A stretch of 64,000 nucleotides of DNA from Promethearchaeota archaeon (GTDB lineage: Archaea > Asgardarchaeota > Lokiarchaeia > Sigyniarchaeales > SOKP01). Positions 9,275 to 19,478 of this stretch are shown one piece after another. The stretch lies in the NCBI GenBank assembly GCA_019058365.1, contig JAHPZE010000004.1, positions 32,001 to 96,000 on the forward strand, read 5' to 3'. The position numbers and the translations under genes are program-made. The notes below the pieces were generated by a model. The model had not been told where the DNA came from, ran no database searches, and was given only the letters and a program-made list of their open reading frames with translations. Positions within the stretch are counted from its first letter, which is position 1, and each line of letters starts with the position of its first letter.

Positions 9275-10531
9275 TTATTCAACCTCCAATAAGCCATCCC
9301 AGAGAGTTCCATGTATCATATCTTTTGGAAGTTCTCCAGTTTCATTATATTTAACTAACTTTATTAATTGGTTTTTCTGTTGTTCAAGTGAAACTTCTCT
9401 TCCTCCCAATCCATTAATTATTGGTAATACTGTTGCAGTTCCTTTCGTTTCATGTAGAGCAGCTTTCACTTCACAACTTACAGGACCTCCAGTTTGGCAT
9501 CCAAACGCTGTAGCTCTATCTATCACTCCTAGTACTTTCACCTTTTTTGCAGCTTCAATAATATCTTCAGTTGGAAAAGGTCTAAAATGACGAAGCTTTA
9601 CCATCCCAACTTTATAACCCTCATCTCTCAAATCATCTACAGCTTGTTCCATTTGTAAAGCCAAATCTCCATATATAATTACTCCTATATCAGCATTATT
9701 CATCTTATATTCTTGAATTAATCCATTACCATAATTTCTTCCAAAAATTTTCTCAAATTCTTTAGCAACATTTTTAATTTTCTCTTTAGCTCTAATATTT
9801 GCATCATGAATTTTTAGTCTAAATTCGTAATAAAAACTGGAGGGCATGATAAGATTGCCAAACATCATTGGTCTTTTTGGATCCATCCAGATATGTGGCC
9901 AACCCTCTTCACTTGGTAACGGTGGTAAGAATTTATCTACAAGATCTTGATCTTCAAGAATAACTGGTTTTGATGTATGTGATAGAATAAACCCTCCATA
10001 AGATACAAACTTTGGTAAAAGAATATCGTAATCTTCACAAACCTTATATGACATTAAAATTTCATCATATATTTCTTGATGTTCTGCACAAAAACAACTC
10101 ATCCATCCTGTATCACGCTGACTTATTACATCGGTAAAATCAGCCCAAATATTCCATGGTGGAGCGGGACCACGAGATGCTATAGCAACTACAATGGGAA
10201 GTCTAGCTCCAGCAGCCCAATGAATCATTTCATGGGCATAAAATATTCCTTGGCCCGATGTTGCTGTAAAGGTTCTAGTTCCCGCTTTGCTTGCACCAAC
10301 TACAGCAGCGAAAACACTATGTTCTGACTCCATTTTTATATATTGAGTTCCTGGCATTAACCCATTATCTACAAATTCAGATAATTTTTCAACTACTGTA
10401 GTTTGCGGAGTTATAGGATAAGCGCTAATTACTTGAACTCGTGCTGATTTTGCAGCATACGCAGCAGCTACATTTCCTTTTATAATGATAGTTTCTCTCT
10501 TTTGGACAAAATCTTTCTGAGCTTCAGTCAT
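9275..10531 (-). CDS. porA: 2-oxoacid:ferredoxin oxidoreductase alpha subunit
   Basis: AYPITPQT, ESEHS, TATSGQG, FRPFP and GLGGR motifs. Confidence 0.95.
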   Translation of the reverse strand: MTEAQKDFVQKRETIIIKGNVAAAYAAKSARVQVISAYPITPQTTVVEKLSEFVDNGLMPGTQYIKMESEHSVFAAVVGASKAGTRTFTATSGQGIFYAHEMIHWAAGARLPIVVAIASRGPAPPWNIWADFTDVISQRDTGWMSCFCAEHQEIYDEILMSYKVCEDYDILLPKFVSYGGFILSHTSKPVILEDQDLVDKFLPPLPSEEGWPHIWMDPKRPMMFGNLIMPSSFYYEFRLKIHDANIRAKEKIKNVAKEFEKIFGRNYGNGLIQEYKMNNADIGVIIYGDLALQMEQAVDDLRDEGYKVGMVKLRHFRPFPTEDIIEAAKKVKVLGVIDRATAFGCQTGGPVSCEVKAALHETKGTATVLPIINGLGGREVSLEQQKNQLIKLVKYNETGELPKDMIHGTLWDGLLEVE

Positions 10532-10871
10532 CTTTTATATCACTCTCTCTGATCATTTCTATATTTTTTGTTGGGCATTCTTTAGCACATATACCACAAC
10601 CTTTACAGTAACGCAAATCAATTTCAAATGAACCGTCTTCTTTCCTTTTAATTACACCCTCTGGGCAATACATCCAGCATATTCCGCATTTATTACAACC
10701 TTCTTTAATAACTGGTCTAAAAGTTCTCCAATCACCAGTTGTACCTATATTTCCATCTATTGGTAATGAAATTGGAATTGGGGATAATTCTTTCCAATTT
10801 TTATATTCTTGGACCTTAGGCCGTTCTTTTACTGATTTATTAATTTTCTTCCATTTTTCAGATTCTGACAT
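10524..10871 (-). CDS. porD: 2-oxoacid:ferredoxin oxidoreductase delta subunit
   Basis: TGDWRTFRP and two CxxCxxCxxxCP motifs. Confidence 0.93.
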   Translation of the reverse strand: MSESEKWKKINKSVKERPKVQEYKNWKELSPIPISLPIDGNIGTTGDWRTFRPVIKEGCNKCGICWMYCPEGVIKRKEDGSFEIDLRYCKGCGICAKECPTKNIEMIRESDIKDD

Positions 10872-10873
10872 AT

Positions 10874-11461
10874 TTACATCTCTCTTACTGATTCGTAAGC
10901 GTCTTTTGCAACACTCATATTTTTTTCTGATCTACTTTCTCCAAACTCCTTTTTAATTACTTTTTCCATTGTTTCAAGATTATAATACCCAGTAATCTTT
11001 CCAAAAGCCCCTAACATAGGAATATTTAGAATTGGGCCACTAGCATGCATGAAACTATGTTTAATACAAATACCTGTAGCATCTACTATAAAAATCCTTA
11101 GATTATTAGGGAGATTACTTATATCTATAGGATCTGGACTGTTAATTATTAAATTTACTCCTTCCTTTATACTCGCTTTTATCTTTGGTATCTCTAATAA
11201 TGATGTATCGAACATGAATATATAATCTGGATTTACTACACTGTCATATGTTTTAATTGACTTACTTTTAGAAATTTTTGTAAATGCCTGTATTGGAGCA
11301 CCCCTTCGCTCTGCTCCTATTATTGGAATTGCGATAGTATCTTTAAAACCCTCCTCAAATGCCATTTCGGCTAACAACTGACTTGCGGTTATACAAGTCT
11401 GACCACCTCTACAATGCATTGATATTTCTACAATTTTTTCTTTGTCTGACAATTCATTCAA
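10874..11461 (-). CDS. porC: 2-oxoacid:ferredoxin oxidoreductase gamma subunit
   Basis: RGGQ, GAERRGAP and NIPMLGA motifs. Confidence 0.92.
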   Translation of the reverse strand: MNELSDKEKIVEISMHCRGGQTCITASQLLAEMAFEEGFKDTIAIPIIGAERRGAPIQAFTKISKSKSIKTYDSVVNPDYIFMFDTSLLEIPKIKASIKEGVNLIINSPDPIDISNLPNNLRIFIVDATGICIKHSFMHASGPILNIPMLGAFGKITGYYNLETMEKVIKKEFGESRSEKNMSVAKDAYESVREM

Positions 11462-11692
11462 CTGACTTTTATATTTCTATTGAGTGCAATATGTCCAATA
11501 AAGGCACAATGAATAAAAGTTCTATTGATTTTACTTATATAACTGCAATATGAAACAATAATATAGAATTTATAATTATAATTGTTATAATTATTAATTT
11601 ATTTTGAAAAAGGTACCTTCGGATATCGATCTTACGAAGCAATGTAAAATATTCATCCAAATTTAAAAAAATTTAATCAAAGAAATCAATAT

Positions 11693-12262
11693 ATGAGTAA
11701 TAAGAAAAGAAGCAACGAGATTATATATTCCTTCAAGTGTCCTTCATGCCAAGAAGGCTTAATCGATATAGTTAAGAGTATTTATAATCTTCCTGATGGC
11801 GACAAAATGCTTATATTAAAATTTGAATGTAATACATGCAATTTTCATAAAAATGATGTTATCCCTCTAACCACGAATATTGAACCTGGAATTATAACTT
11901 TACAAATTTTAGACGAAAATGACCTTAAATCTAAGATTTACCGTTCACCAGCAGGTAAATTGGAGATTCCTGAACTAGAATTAATAGTAGAACCAGGTCC
12001 AAGAGCTGATTTCTATTATACTAACATACAAGGGATCTTATTCAGATTTGAAAATGCAGTTTCAATTTATAGAAATAATCTTGAAGAAAACGATCCAGAA
12101 AGAAGCAAAATTGACGCACTTATGTTTAATTTAAGACAAGCTATAGATGGGAAATTCAAGTTTACTTTAAAAATCACCGACCTACAAGGGGGAAGTTATA
12201 TTATTCCCCAAGATAAATCAAAATACAGTTTTGAAAAAATTGAGAAAAAAGATTTAGAATAA
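11693..12262 (+). CDS. ZPR1 zinc-finger domain protein
   Basis: CPSC...CNTC, IYRS..G.LEIPEL.L..EPG, TNIQGIL, DxxGGSYI. Confidence 0.88.
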   Translation: MSNKKRSNEIIYSFKCPSCQEGLIDIVKSIYNLPDGDKMLILKFECNTCNFHKNDVIPLTTNIEPGIITLQILDENDLKSKIYRSPAGKLEIPELELIVEPGPRADFYYTNIQGILFRFENAVSIYRNNLEENDPERSKIDALMFNLRQAIDGKFKFTLKITDLQGGSYIIPQDKSKYSFEKIEKKDLE

Positions 12263-12339
12263 ATCTAAAATATGAAATATTCATAATTTTTTATTATAAT
12301 TATTTTTATAACCTCATGTAATTAGAAGTGTGAAACAAA

Positions 12340-13494
12340 ATGGGAACTCAAATTAAAAAAGTCGGAATTTTAACTGGAGGAGGAGATTGTCCTGGTTTAA
12401 ATTCTGTAATCTATGGAATAATGTTAAAAGCATATGATGCGGGTATTGAGTGTGTGGGAATTCTTAAAGGGTGGAAAGGATTTTTAGAAAACACAACAAT
12501 TCCGCTTGATATTGCAGAACATGATGATTTACATACTGTTGGTGGAACCATCCTATACACAAGCAGGACTAATCCATTTAAAGGAGTAAGTTCAAAAGAA
12601 GAAAGAGCGAAAGAATTAGCTAAAAAATTCGAAGAATTAGGAATTGATGCTTTAATTGCAATAGGAGGAGATGACACATTAGGTGTTGCAGATAAAATGT
12701 ATAAATTCGGTAATGCTAGAGTAGTTGGGTGTCCAAAAACTATAGATAATGATATAGCAGGAACTCATTATACGTTCGGATTTTGGAGTGCTGTACAATT
12801 GGCTTCAAACACCTTGGATAATTTAACAACGACAGCACATTCACATCAAAGAGTATTTGTAGTTGAAATAATGGGAAGAGATGCGGGTTTTTTAACAATG
12901 TATAGCGGAATTTCCGCGGGAGCAGATATTATATTAATCCCAGAAACCCCTTTTGATTTAGAGAATGATATAGTTGATGTATTAAAGAAAAGAGTTAATT
13001 CAGGTTATAAACATCATATAATTGTTATATCAGAGGGAGCCTATCCTCATTCAGATTCATTAAAACGAGATTTTAAGACAATATCAGAAGGAACAATAGA
13101 TAAATTGCCAAAAGATACATTTGGTAATCCCTTATTATCTCAATTAAACATATCGCATATTATTGTGAAGGAACTAGATTTAAGAGATGATCTAAAAGAA
13201 GAGTTTCAAAAAAATGGAGTAGATTTTGAATGTAGAAGCGTTGTTCTGGGTCATACTATGCGTGCTGGAACACCTAATTCATTTGATAGGATATTAGGAT
13301 TAAGATTTGGTTTAGCAGCAATGAAACTTGTTTTGGAAGGTAAATTTGGAAATATGGTTTCACTCCAAGGAAATAAAATAACAACAGTTCCTTTATCAGA
13401 AGGAGTTAAAAAGAAATATATTACTCCTGAGAATGATAAAATGGAATTACGTGACTTACTTGTAAAAATTCGATATCTATCAAAACAAAAATGA
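12340..13494 (+). CDS. pfp: 6-phosphofructokinase (PfkA family), predicted PPi-dependent
   Basis: TGGGDCPGLN, GGDDT (Asp at the donor-specificity position), PKTIDND, MGR motifs. Confidence 0.88.
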   Translation: MGTQIKKVGILTGGGDCPGLNSVIYGIMLKAYDAGIECVGILKGWKGFLENTTIPLDIAEHDDLHTVGGTILYTSRTNPFKGVSSKEERAKELAKKFEELGIDALIAIGGDDTLGVADKMYKFGNARVVGCPKTIDNDIAGTHYTFGFWSAVQLASNTLDNLTTTAHSHQRVFVVEIMGRDAGFLTMYSGISAGADIILIPETPFDLENDIVDVLKKRVNSGYKHHIIVISEGAYPHSDSLKRDFKTISEGTIDKLPKDTFGNPLLSQLNISHIIVKELDLRDDLKEEFQKNGVDFECRSVVLGHTMRAGTPNSFDRILGLRFGLAAMKLVLEGKFGNMVSLQGNKITTVPLSEGVKKKYITPENDKMELRDLLVKIRYLSKQK

Positions 13495-13609
13495 TGTGAA
13501 TAAAACCACATTTATTCAGCATTAATAATTTTTCTTTTAGTCCTTTTTTGACTCAATCTTTACTTTACATCAGTAATCATATTCATATTTAAATTCAGGA
13601 TTCATAGTA

Positions 13610-13700
13610 TTATCCATAATGCTTCTGTTCTTCTTGTTCTTCATCAATAGTCTCATTTGAAATCTCTTCCAAACCACTTATCGCTAAGGAATTCTTTGTA
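13610..13700 (-). pseudogene. Displaced, frameshifted 3' end of the acyl-CoA dehydrogenase gene at 19479-20723
   Basis: Reads YKEFLSDKWFGRD / ISNETIDEEQEEQKHYG* across one frameshift vs intact [30 protein letters not shown]; 20/30 aa identical. Confidence 0.85.
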
Positions 13701-13947
13701 CCAATTATGTTAAATAATTAAGGACATTATTTCAATGGTTTCAGTAAAAAAAAACAAGCCAAATAAATAATCTGATGATGTTCAAAATTACATTATTTTT
13801 TTCTCAATTAGAAAGATTAATTATTCTTTAGTTAGATAGAATATTAATTTTTAAAAAAAAGAATCTAATCAGTTTTCAATCCTAATTTAGATCTCTCTTT
13901 AAAGTATCATAATAAAAATGTTTAGTTAGCCGAGGGGAAACTTAGAA

Positions 13948-15615
13948 TCAGCGTCTGCCAGGAGGACCTCCACCACCTCCACCCACCGAACCTACCGTCG
14001 TTACCATACTCGTTATCGTAAAGGTATAGGCTTTTGTTCCTGGCGAATATATTCCTCCACTATATAATGAATCTTTAACTGTTCCTGTTGAGCTACCACC
14101 TGTATATATATAATAAGTGGTACCCAATTCGAACTCTGAAGAGCAAACTGCAATGGATTGATATTTCTTTGTAGGTGCAAATGTCACAATTTCATTTCCT
14201 TCTACATCTTGAATATTCACGAGAGTTCCTACAGATAGAGTGCTTGTAAATCCGACCAGCACAGAATATTGTGTTGAGGTGATACTCGGTGCCTGTGCCA
14301 TTCCTGAGCTTCCTACAGCGACTAAGAATCCTCCTGTCATAAGGAATGATCCATCATAATCTAATGGTCCATTGTAATCCATAGTTGGTCCATTTATTAG
14401 AAGTGTCCCCGCACTCATAGAGACACCCCCATTAATATCAATTCCATCCCCTATAGAATCAATCGATATATATCCTCCTGTAATGGTAAGAGAACTTCCT
14501 CCCTTAGTAGAACTTACAGCATTTATTCCATCATCACTGGAATCTATGTGGATCGATCCTCCAGTTATTGATATTTCTTTACTCTCAAGACCTTCATAGC
14601 ATTCTACAATATTGATATCTCCACCGTTGATTTCCAATGATGTTTCAGCATGAATGCCGTCATCATCGGTATATATAGTAATATCCCCTCCATTTATGGA
14701 AATTTTATTATCTGAATGGATTGCATCATCCTTCGAATAGACCATAATACTCCCGCTTTCTATAGTTATATCTTCTGTAGATTTAATTCCTTTCCCCTCC
14801 CCTGCGTCCACATCTATTGAAATTGTACTATTTATAATAAGAACTAATGTTTCTGCTTGTATGCCATCATCTTGTGAAGTGATGTCTATTATGCTTGATC
14901 CTATAGCGATATATCCTTTATCTGGATCCCCTTCATAATCCGATTGTAATCCATCGTTTCCTGCTATAATCTCAATATCTGCATCGATGATGGTTAGAGA
15001 GTCTTTTCCTTTTAGTGCATCATTTTGTGAGTTTATTTGGAGTGTTCCTTTCTTTATGCAAAGATCGTCATCACTTTGAATCCCATTATTATAGTTTGCA
15101 TTAATAATTAAATTCCCAGTCCCTGTAATATTGAGATCATCATTGCTGAAAATCGCGGCTTTGGGTTCATCTTCATCTTGGATTTCAAAAATATATGTTT
15201 CTGCATCAGTCAAAACATTTGTTGTCCCTGAGGCTAAAATTATTTCAACATCATCAGCATTTCTAATGAAGATTGGGGCACTACTTAAAGATGTAATGGA
15301 TGTTCCGTTAAGAATTAATTTAACTACACCCTTCTCGTCTGTGTCTACAATTATTTGACCATCATCTAATGATCCTTTTATAACATAAGTACTAGCGGAC
15401 CAAATTGTCATCTTATTCTTTTCAATAGTAGCTCCTCCTCCATCCAATAATATATCTGTATTGTTAAAAGTAACATAAGATATAATTGAATTATCCCAAG
15501 TAGGAGTAATATCTCCCGTTTCTTCCGTTGTATTGTGGTCGCTAAAAACAGCTCCACTTAAAAGCACAAACAAAAGGATTGAAGCTAAAATTAAAGGGGC
15601 TCCTATCTTTTTCAT
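13948..15615 (-). CDS. Secreted beta-helix carbohydrate-binding protein (Cthe_2159/DUF4353 family)
   Basis: Signal peptide; GSLDDGQIIV, SSAPI, AAIFSNDDL.I.GTG, repeated DGI/DDAIH, GPLDYDG, AVGSSGMAQ; Gly/Pro tail. Confidence 0.85.
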   Translation of the reverse strand: MKKIGAPLILASILLFVLLSGAVFSDHNTTEETGDITPTWDNSIISYVTFNNTDILLDGGGATIEKNKMTIWSASTYVIKGSLDDGQIIVDTDEKGVVKLILNGTSITSLSSAPIFIRNADDVEIILASGTTNVLTDAETYIFEIQDEDEPKAAIFSNDDLNITGTGNLIINANYNNGIQSDDDLCIKKGTLQINSQNDALKGKDSLTIIDADIEIIAGNDGLQSDYEGDPDKGYIAIGSSIIDITSQDDGIQAETLVLIINSTISIDVDAGEGKGIKSTEDITIESGSIMVYSKDDAIHSDNKISINGGDITIYTDDDGIHAETSLEINGGDINIVECYEGLESKEISITGGSIHIDSSDDGINAVSSTKGGSSLTITGGYISIDSIGDGIDINGGVSMSAGTLLINGPTMDYNGPLDYDGSFLMTGGFLVAVGSSGMAQAPSITSTQYSVLVGFTSTLSVGTLVNIQDVEGNEIVTFAPTKKYQSIAVCSSEFELGTTYYIYTGGSSTGTVKDSLYSGGIYSPGTKAYTFTITSMVTTVGSVGGGGGGPPGRR

Positions 15616-16277
15616 GATGCATAATCTCCATTATAGCTAACAAGTGCAGCATCTTTTACGCCTGGAATCTTAAGAAGGTGATCTACAGAATCAGTATGGT
15701 CCCTTTTCATACTGACTTCAAGCATTATTTCAATCCCCGATGCATTTACCGTTCTTGATCTGAGTTTATGCCGAGGAAGAACACTTTTTACTTTCTCGTC
15801 TACTTCTTTTTCATAATGAACTACAAGTAAATAAGGTTCCCTTCCAAGAACATCCATTTTACACATTACATATACAATTGCTCCAATAATGGGTGTTGCA
15901 ACCAGAGCTACTATATAAAGTGCTGCACCACAGGTTATTCCTACGGCAATTGCCCAGAATGTAAAAATAACGTCTGTAGGATCCTTAATCGCAGCTCGAA
16001 ATCTGACAATACTCAAAGCACCTACCATTCCTAATGATAAGGAAATACTGCTACTTATTGGGATAATAATCATTGCAGTTATAAGCGATGTCAGAACTAG
16101 CCCGACATTGAAATTTTTATTATATAATACACCCTTAAAGGTATTCTTATAGATGTAGTAAATAAACAATGATATCACAAATGTAAAAAACATTGAAAAG
16201 ATTATTCTCTCCACAGTAATATCTTGAAATGTGTTGGAAGTGTTAAATAAAGCATCAATCAGTTCTTCAATACTCAT
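15612..16277 (-). CDS. DUF4956 family membrane protein
   Basis: SLGMVGALSIVRFRAAIKDP.D..F.FWAIA.GI..GA signature. Confidence 0.9.
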   Translation of the reverse strand: MSIEELIDALFNTSNTFQDITVERIIFSMFFTFVISLFIYYIYKNTFKGVLYNKNFNVGLVLTSLITAMIIIPISSSISLSLGMVGALSIVRFRAAIKDPTDVIFTFWAIAVGITCGAALYIVALVATPIIGAIVYVMCKMDVLGREPYLLVVHYEKEVDEKVKSVLPRHKLRSRTVNASGIEIMLEVSMKRDHTDSVDHLLKIPGVKDAALVSYNGDYAS

Positions 16278-16388
16278 TTTTTTATCACTTATTTTTCATT
16301 TTTCTAATTTTAAATTTTTGAGTTTAATTTTTTCTTTTTTATAATTTTTTTTACATCTTACTAAATTTACACAATATTTTGGAGGTTT

Positions 16389-17105
16389 TTATTGATCCTC
16401 CCAACTATTAAACGTGGAAAAACGTTTACAATTCACAAACTTACTTATCGATGATTGGGGCGAGATAATACATGAAATAAGTCCATGAATTACTTGGGGT
16501 AGTACACTATCATATTTAACTTCCAAGATAACAGGATAATCGGAGATTCCCATCATAAAACTCTCTTTATTAAATAAGTCTGTTGCATTGAGGCCCGTAT
16601 GTAGACCTATATCAAAAGATATCCTTACATTTCCAACAGGATAGACGTAGACCTCTCGATAATAGTCTGTAATTACATTAGGTTTGAGTAAATTACGCTT
16701 GCATTCTAAATAGAATGCTCTTAAAACCTTATGTTGTGACTCTGCTAAAAAATCTATATCACCCTGAAGAATCCGATCTACATCCCTCCGATTTAGAGAC
16801 ACAGATTCTTTGCCAATTAGATTATCTATTTTGGATTTTTTTTCAAGCTTGATACATTCTTGATTATGATTATATATTCTCAAACGATATTTCTTTCGGC
16901 AATAAACTCCGGCTAATTTATCAGAAAGTGCTCCATTTCGACAGTCATCAAAATAAAGACTCCGTACATGATAAAGTCCATCTAAACCACAATGAGGATC
17001 AAGATTAAGAACTTCTTTTAACCTACTCTTTAAGAGTCGATACTCCATATAGTTTATCATATATTTCAACTCATGTCGTAAATTTAAAGATCCACGTTTA
17101 ATCAT
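16389..17105 (-). CDS. VTC-domain (polyphosphate polymerase-like, TTM fold) protein
   Basis: RHELKY, Y.VRSLYFDD, RKKYRLRIY, KLEKK, Y.RE.Y, VRISFD, ILEVKY, SISKF. Confidence 0.9.
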   Translation of the reverse strand: MIKRGSLNLRHELKYMINYMEYRLLKSRLKEVLNLDPHCGLDGLYHVRSLYFDDCRNGALSDKLAGVYCRKKYRLRIYNHNQECIKLEKKSKIDNLIGKESVSLNRRDVDRILQGDIDFLAESQHKVLRAFYLECKRNLLKPNVITDYYREVYVYPVGNVRISFDIGLHTGLNATDLFNKESFMMGISDYPVILEVKYDSVLPQVIHGLISCIISPQSSISKFVNCKRFSTFNSWEDQ

Positions 17106-17108
17106 TCT

Positions 17109-17891
17109 CTATTTCATCACTCTTTCTTTAATTTTTAATTTATTGGAGAATATAATTCCTAATAGCAGGATCGCTGTAAATACAATGAGAGTCACCATTA
17201 TCCATGGGGCTAAATTATACTCTGTTTTTTCAATATTATTAGTTGAGCCTGGTGAGGGGGAACTCAAATAATCCCACTTTTCACCTCCATCAGATGTACG
17301 TCCATAGGAGATATCCCGTAATTGCTTCTGAAAAGACACAGAATCAATAATAGTTTTTCCATCGGCTGCTATTATTGCTATGAAGTCCCCATTTGCATCA
17401 AGTTTAAACGGTAAATGTAAAATATCTTCTGCTACACTTCCGTCTGCCCAGATCAATAAATAATCTCCTGGATTGATAACTGTCGTATTTGGAAATTGCC
17501 AAAGCATTGGAGTATCTAAATCATCGGTTAAATACAAATCCGATAAATTTAACGCAATACTCCCTGCATTGTATAACTCAATCCAATCCTCATAAGTTCC
17601 ATTAGGACTGGTAATAGTTACATCATTATCTGCCATCAACTCATTGATATACAATTGATTAGAGATTAGATTTATATCATTTACAATTTCATCCTCATCA
17701 GTTAGAATTTCTCCTGCATCTTCTGCTTTGATTTTCATAATTGTGTATTGATTAACAATTGTGTTCCCTTCGGATAAATCCAAGCTCTCATTATCAATTC
17801 CAATACTAAAATTGCAGTGAAACATTGTTATCTGTAAAATAATAAAACCAATTAGTATACCACATTGTAGTTTCCGTTTTTGCATCACCAC
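17109..17891 (-). CDS. Membrane-anchored lamin-tail-domain (LTD) protein
   Basis: INELMADN, DWIELYN, LYLTDD, YLLIWAD, HLPFKL, SYGR..DG, PSPG..N; N-terminal signal-like and C-terminal TM segments. Confidence 0.85.
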   Translation of the reverse strand: MVMQKRKLQCGILIGFIILQITMFHCNFSIGIDNESLDLSEGNTIVNQYTIMKIKAEDAGEILTDEDEIVNDINLISNQLYINELMADNDVTITSPNGTYEDWIELYNAGSIALNLSDLYLTDDLDTPMLWQFPNTTVINPGDYLLIWADGSVAEDILHLPFKLDANGDFIAIIAADGKTIIDSVSFQKQLRDISYGRTSDGGEKWDYLSSPSPGSTNNIEKTEYNLAPWIMVTLIVFTAILLLGIIFSNKLKIKERVMK

Positions 17892-18187
17892 TATTGTTCA
17901 ACATATATTTTTTTCAAATTTGAGCGGTTCTATTATTTTAAAACAAATTTGAACGTCTCATAAATGGGAAATTGTATTATTATATTTAAACATTAAAGGA
18001 CCATTGTTCCATCATGTTACTCATAAAAAATAGAGTAAATTCAGGATATAAATATCATATAACGAGCTAGAAATAAGGTTATAGAAGCAATATGCAAAAA
18101 AGGTAAGAAAAGGCTATAGAATATTGGCTATCGGATTCAAACATATTCAATAGATCATTTTATGATGAAAGAAAAAAATTAAGTTAT

Positions 18188-19399
18188 TTAATCCTTTTGT
18201 CTAAGATCAGGTGCTTTAAGGAGAATTAACCCCGTTAAAAGCATTATACAAGCAGCTACCGCGAAAGGTGGCCATCCTACTAATTCTATTAGAGATTCTC
18301 CCCTTATAGCAGTGACACTAGTAAGATCTACAACAAATCCCATTAATAATGGGCCACATACAAAACCTATATCTCCAATCGTCCTATACACACCCATATA
18401 AATCTCAAGCTTATCTTTAGGAGCAATATCTGTAACATAAGCAGCAATTGGTCCTGATAATCCAATTATTGCGCCATAAATAAATATAACTAATGAAATA
18501 TAAATTATATTTGTTGTAATAGCAATCCATAGGGTTATTGGAGCAGAAATGATAAGAGATAATAACAGCGGTGTACGTCGTCCTATTTTATCTGAAATTA
18601 AACCTATAGGAACCATAGTAATAGCGGTTGCAATACCTGCTATAGTTAATAGTATGCCAATATCAAACTCATTTAAACCAAGATCATTTCCCGAAAAAAG
18701 AGGTACAAGCGTATTTCTTACTCCCGTTCTTATAAAGAACAACGAAAAAATTGATGGAAGAACAGGAATAAATTTTGGATCTTTTAAACTATACCATGCT
18801 TGGTGATAAAGTTCCTGTATCTTGAAATGTTCTTCATCATTAGTATTATTTACATGTGGCAAAATGAGAGTGGGAATAATCCCACTAGCAGATATAATAG
18901 CATAAGCAAAAAATGGGGCAGTGATACCATAAGAATTCGCTATAAAACCACCAAAACTCGGTCCAAAAATTGCTCCTAATAATAATAATCCGGAATAAAT
19001 ACTCATTAAAAATCCCCTTCTCTCTGGGCTAGCTACCAATGCAATATATATAGTTGCAATTGTTACATAAATTGCAGAACCAAATCCTTCAATGATTCGA
19101 GCAAATAGTAAGATCCAATAATTTTGGGCTAATCCTGCCATGATTGAGGAAGATGATACAAGTATCAATCCCACTAGCATTAAGCTCTTTTTATTATACC
19201 TTTGAGCTAAGAAACCTGCAGGTAAATCAATAAACATACGAGCTATACCGAAAGCCGCCACAACAAGTCCAACAAGTGTATAATTCACATTAAAAGATTC
19301 GGCATAATAAGGTAAAATCGGAGCGATAATACTCAATCCCAACAACACAAGAAACGTGACAACCGAAAGATTTAATGTTGTTATAATATCTTTTTTTAT
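18188..19399 (-). CDS. MFS transporter; probable ATA start at 19399 (ORF track starts at GTG 19348)
   Basis: Multi-TM MFS pattern, SDKIGRR motif A; in-frame extension IKKDIITTLNLSVVTFL completes TM1; AAGGGAGA 5 nt upstream. Confidence 0.85.
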   Translation of the reverse strand: MKKDIITTLNLSVVTFLVLLGLSIIAPILPYYAESFNVNYTLVGLVVAAFGIARMFIDLPAGFLAQRYNKKSLMLVGLILVSSSSIMAGLAQNYWILLFARIIEGFGSAIYVTIATIYIALVASPERRGFLMSIYSGLLLLGAIFGPSFGGFIANSYGITAPFFAYAIISASGIIPTLILPHVNNTNDEEHFKIQELYHQAWYSLKDPKFIPVLPSIFSLFFIRTGVRNTLVPLFSGNDLGLNEFDIGILLTIAGIATAITMVPIGLISDKIGRRTPLLLSLIISAPITLWIAITTNIIYISLVIFIYGAIIGLSGPIAAYVTDIAPKDKLEIYMGVYRTIGDIGFVCGPLLMGFVVDLTSVTAIRGESLIELVGWPPFAVAACIMLLTGLILLKAPDLRQKD

Positions 19400-19478
19400 T
19401 AATATCTCCCTTTATCGTGAATATATCTTAAATAACCTTTTATTAAAAAAATTTTTTCTTTAATATCAGTTTGAAAAT

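Larger units (their letters stand above)
13701..19478. mobile_element. Island B: integrase-less island at the acyl-CoA dehydrogenase 3' end
   Basis: Visibly more GC-rich, bacterial-type cargo between the intact and decayed copies of the ACAD C-terminus. Confidence 0.7.

Noticed and set aside
12340-13494. PPi-dependent PFK as a novelty
   Set aside because: PfkA-family PPi-dependent enzymes are already known from archaea.
13512-13605. Stop-riddled minus-strand frame (MNPEFKYEYDY*CKVKIESKKD*) after the ACAD remnant
   Set aside because: Possibly another decayed gene, but too short to assign.
17109-17891. Lamin-tail domain as a eukaryotic signature (lamin precursor)
   Set aside because: It is the secreted prokaryotic LTD type, has no coiled-coil rod and lies in an apparently acquired island.
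17915-17955. Two CAAATTTGARCG copies upstream of the LTD-VTC operon
   Set aside because: Could be regulator sites, but they are short and AT-rich and there is no adjacent regulator.
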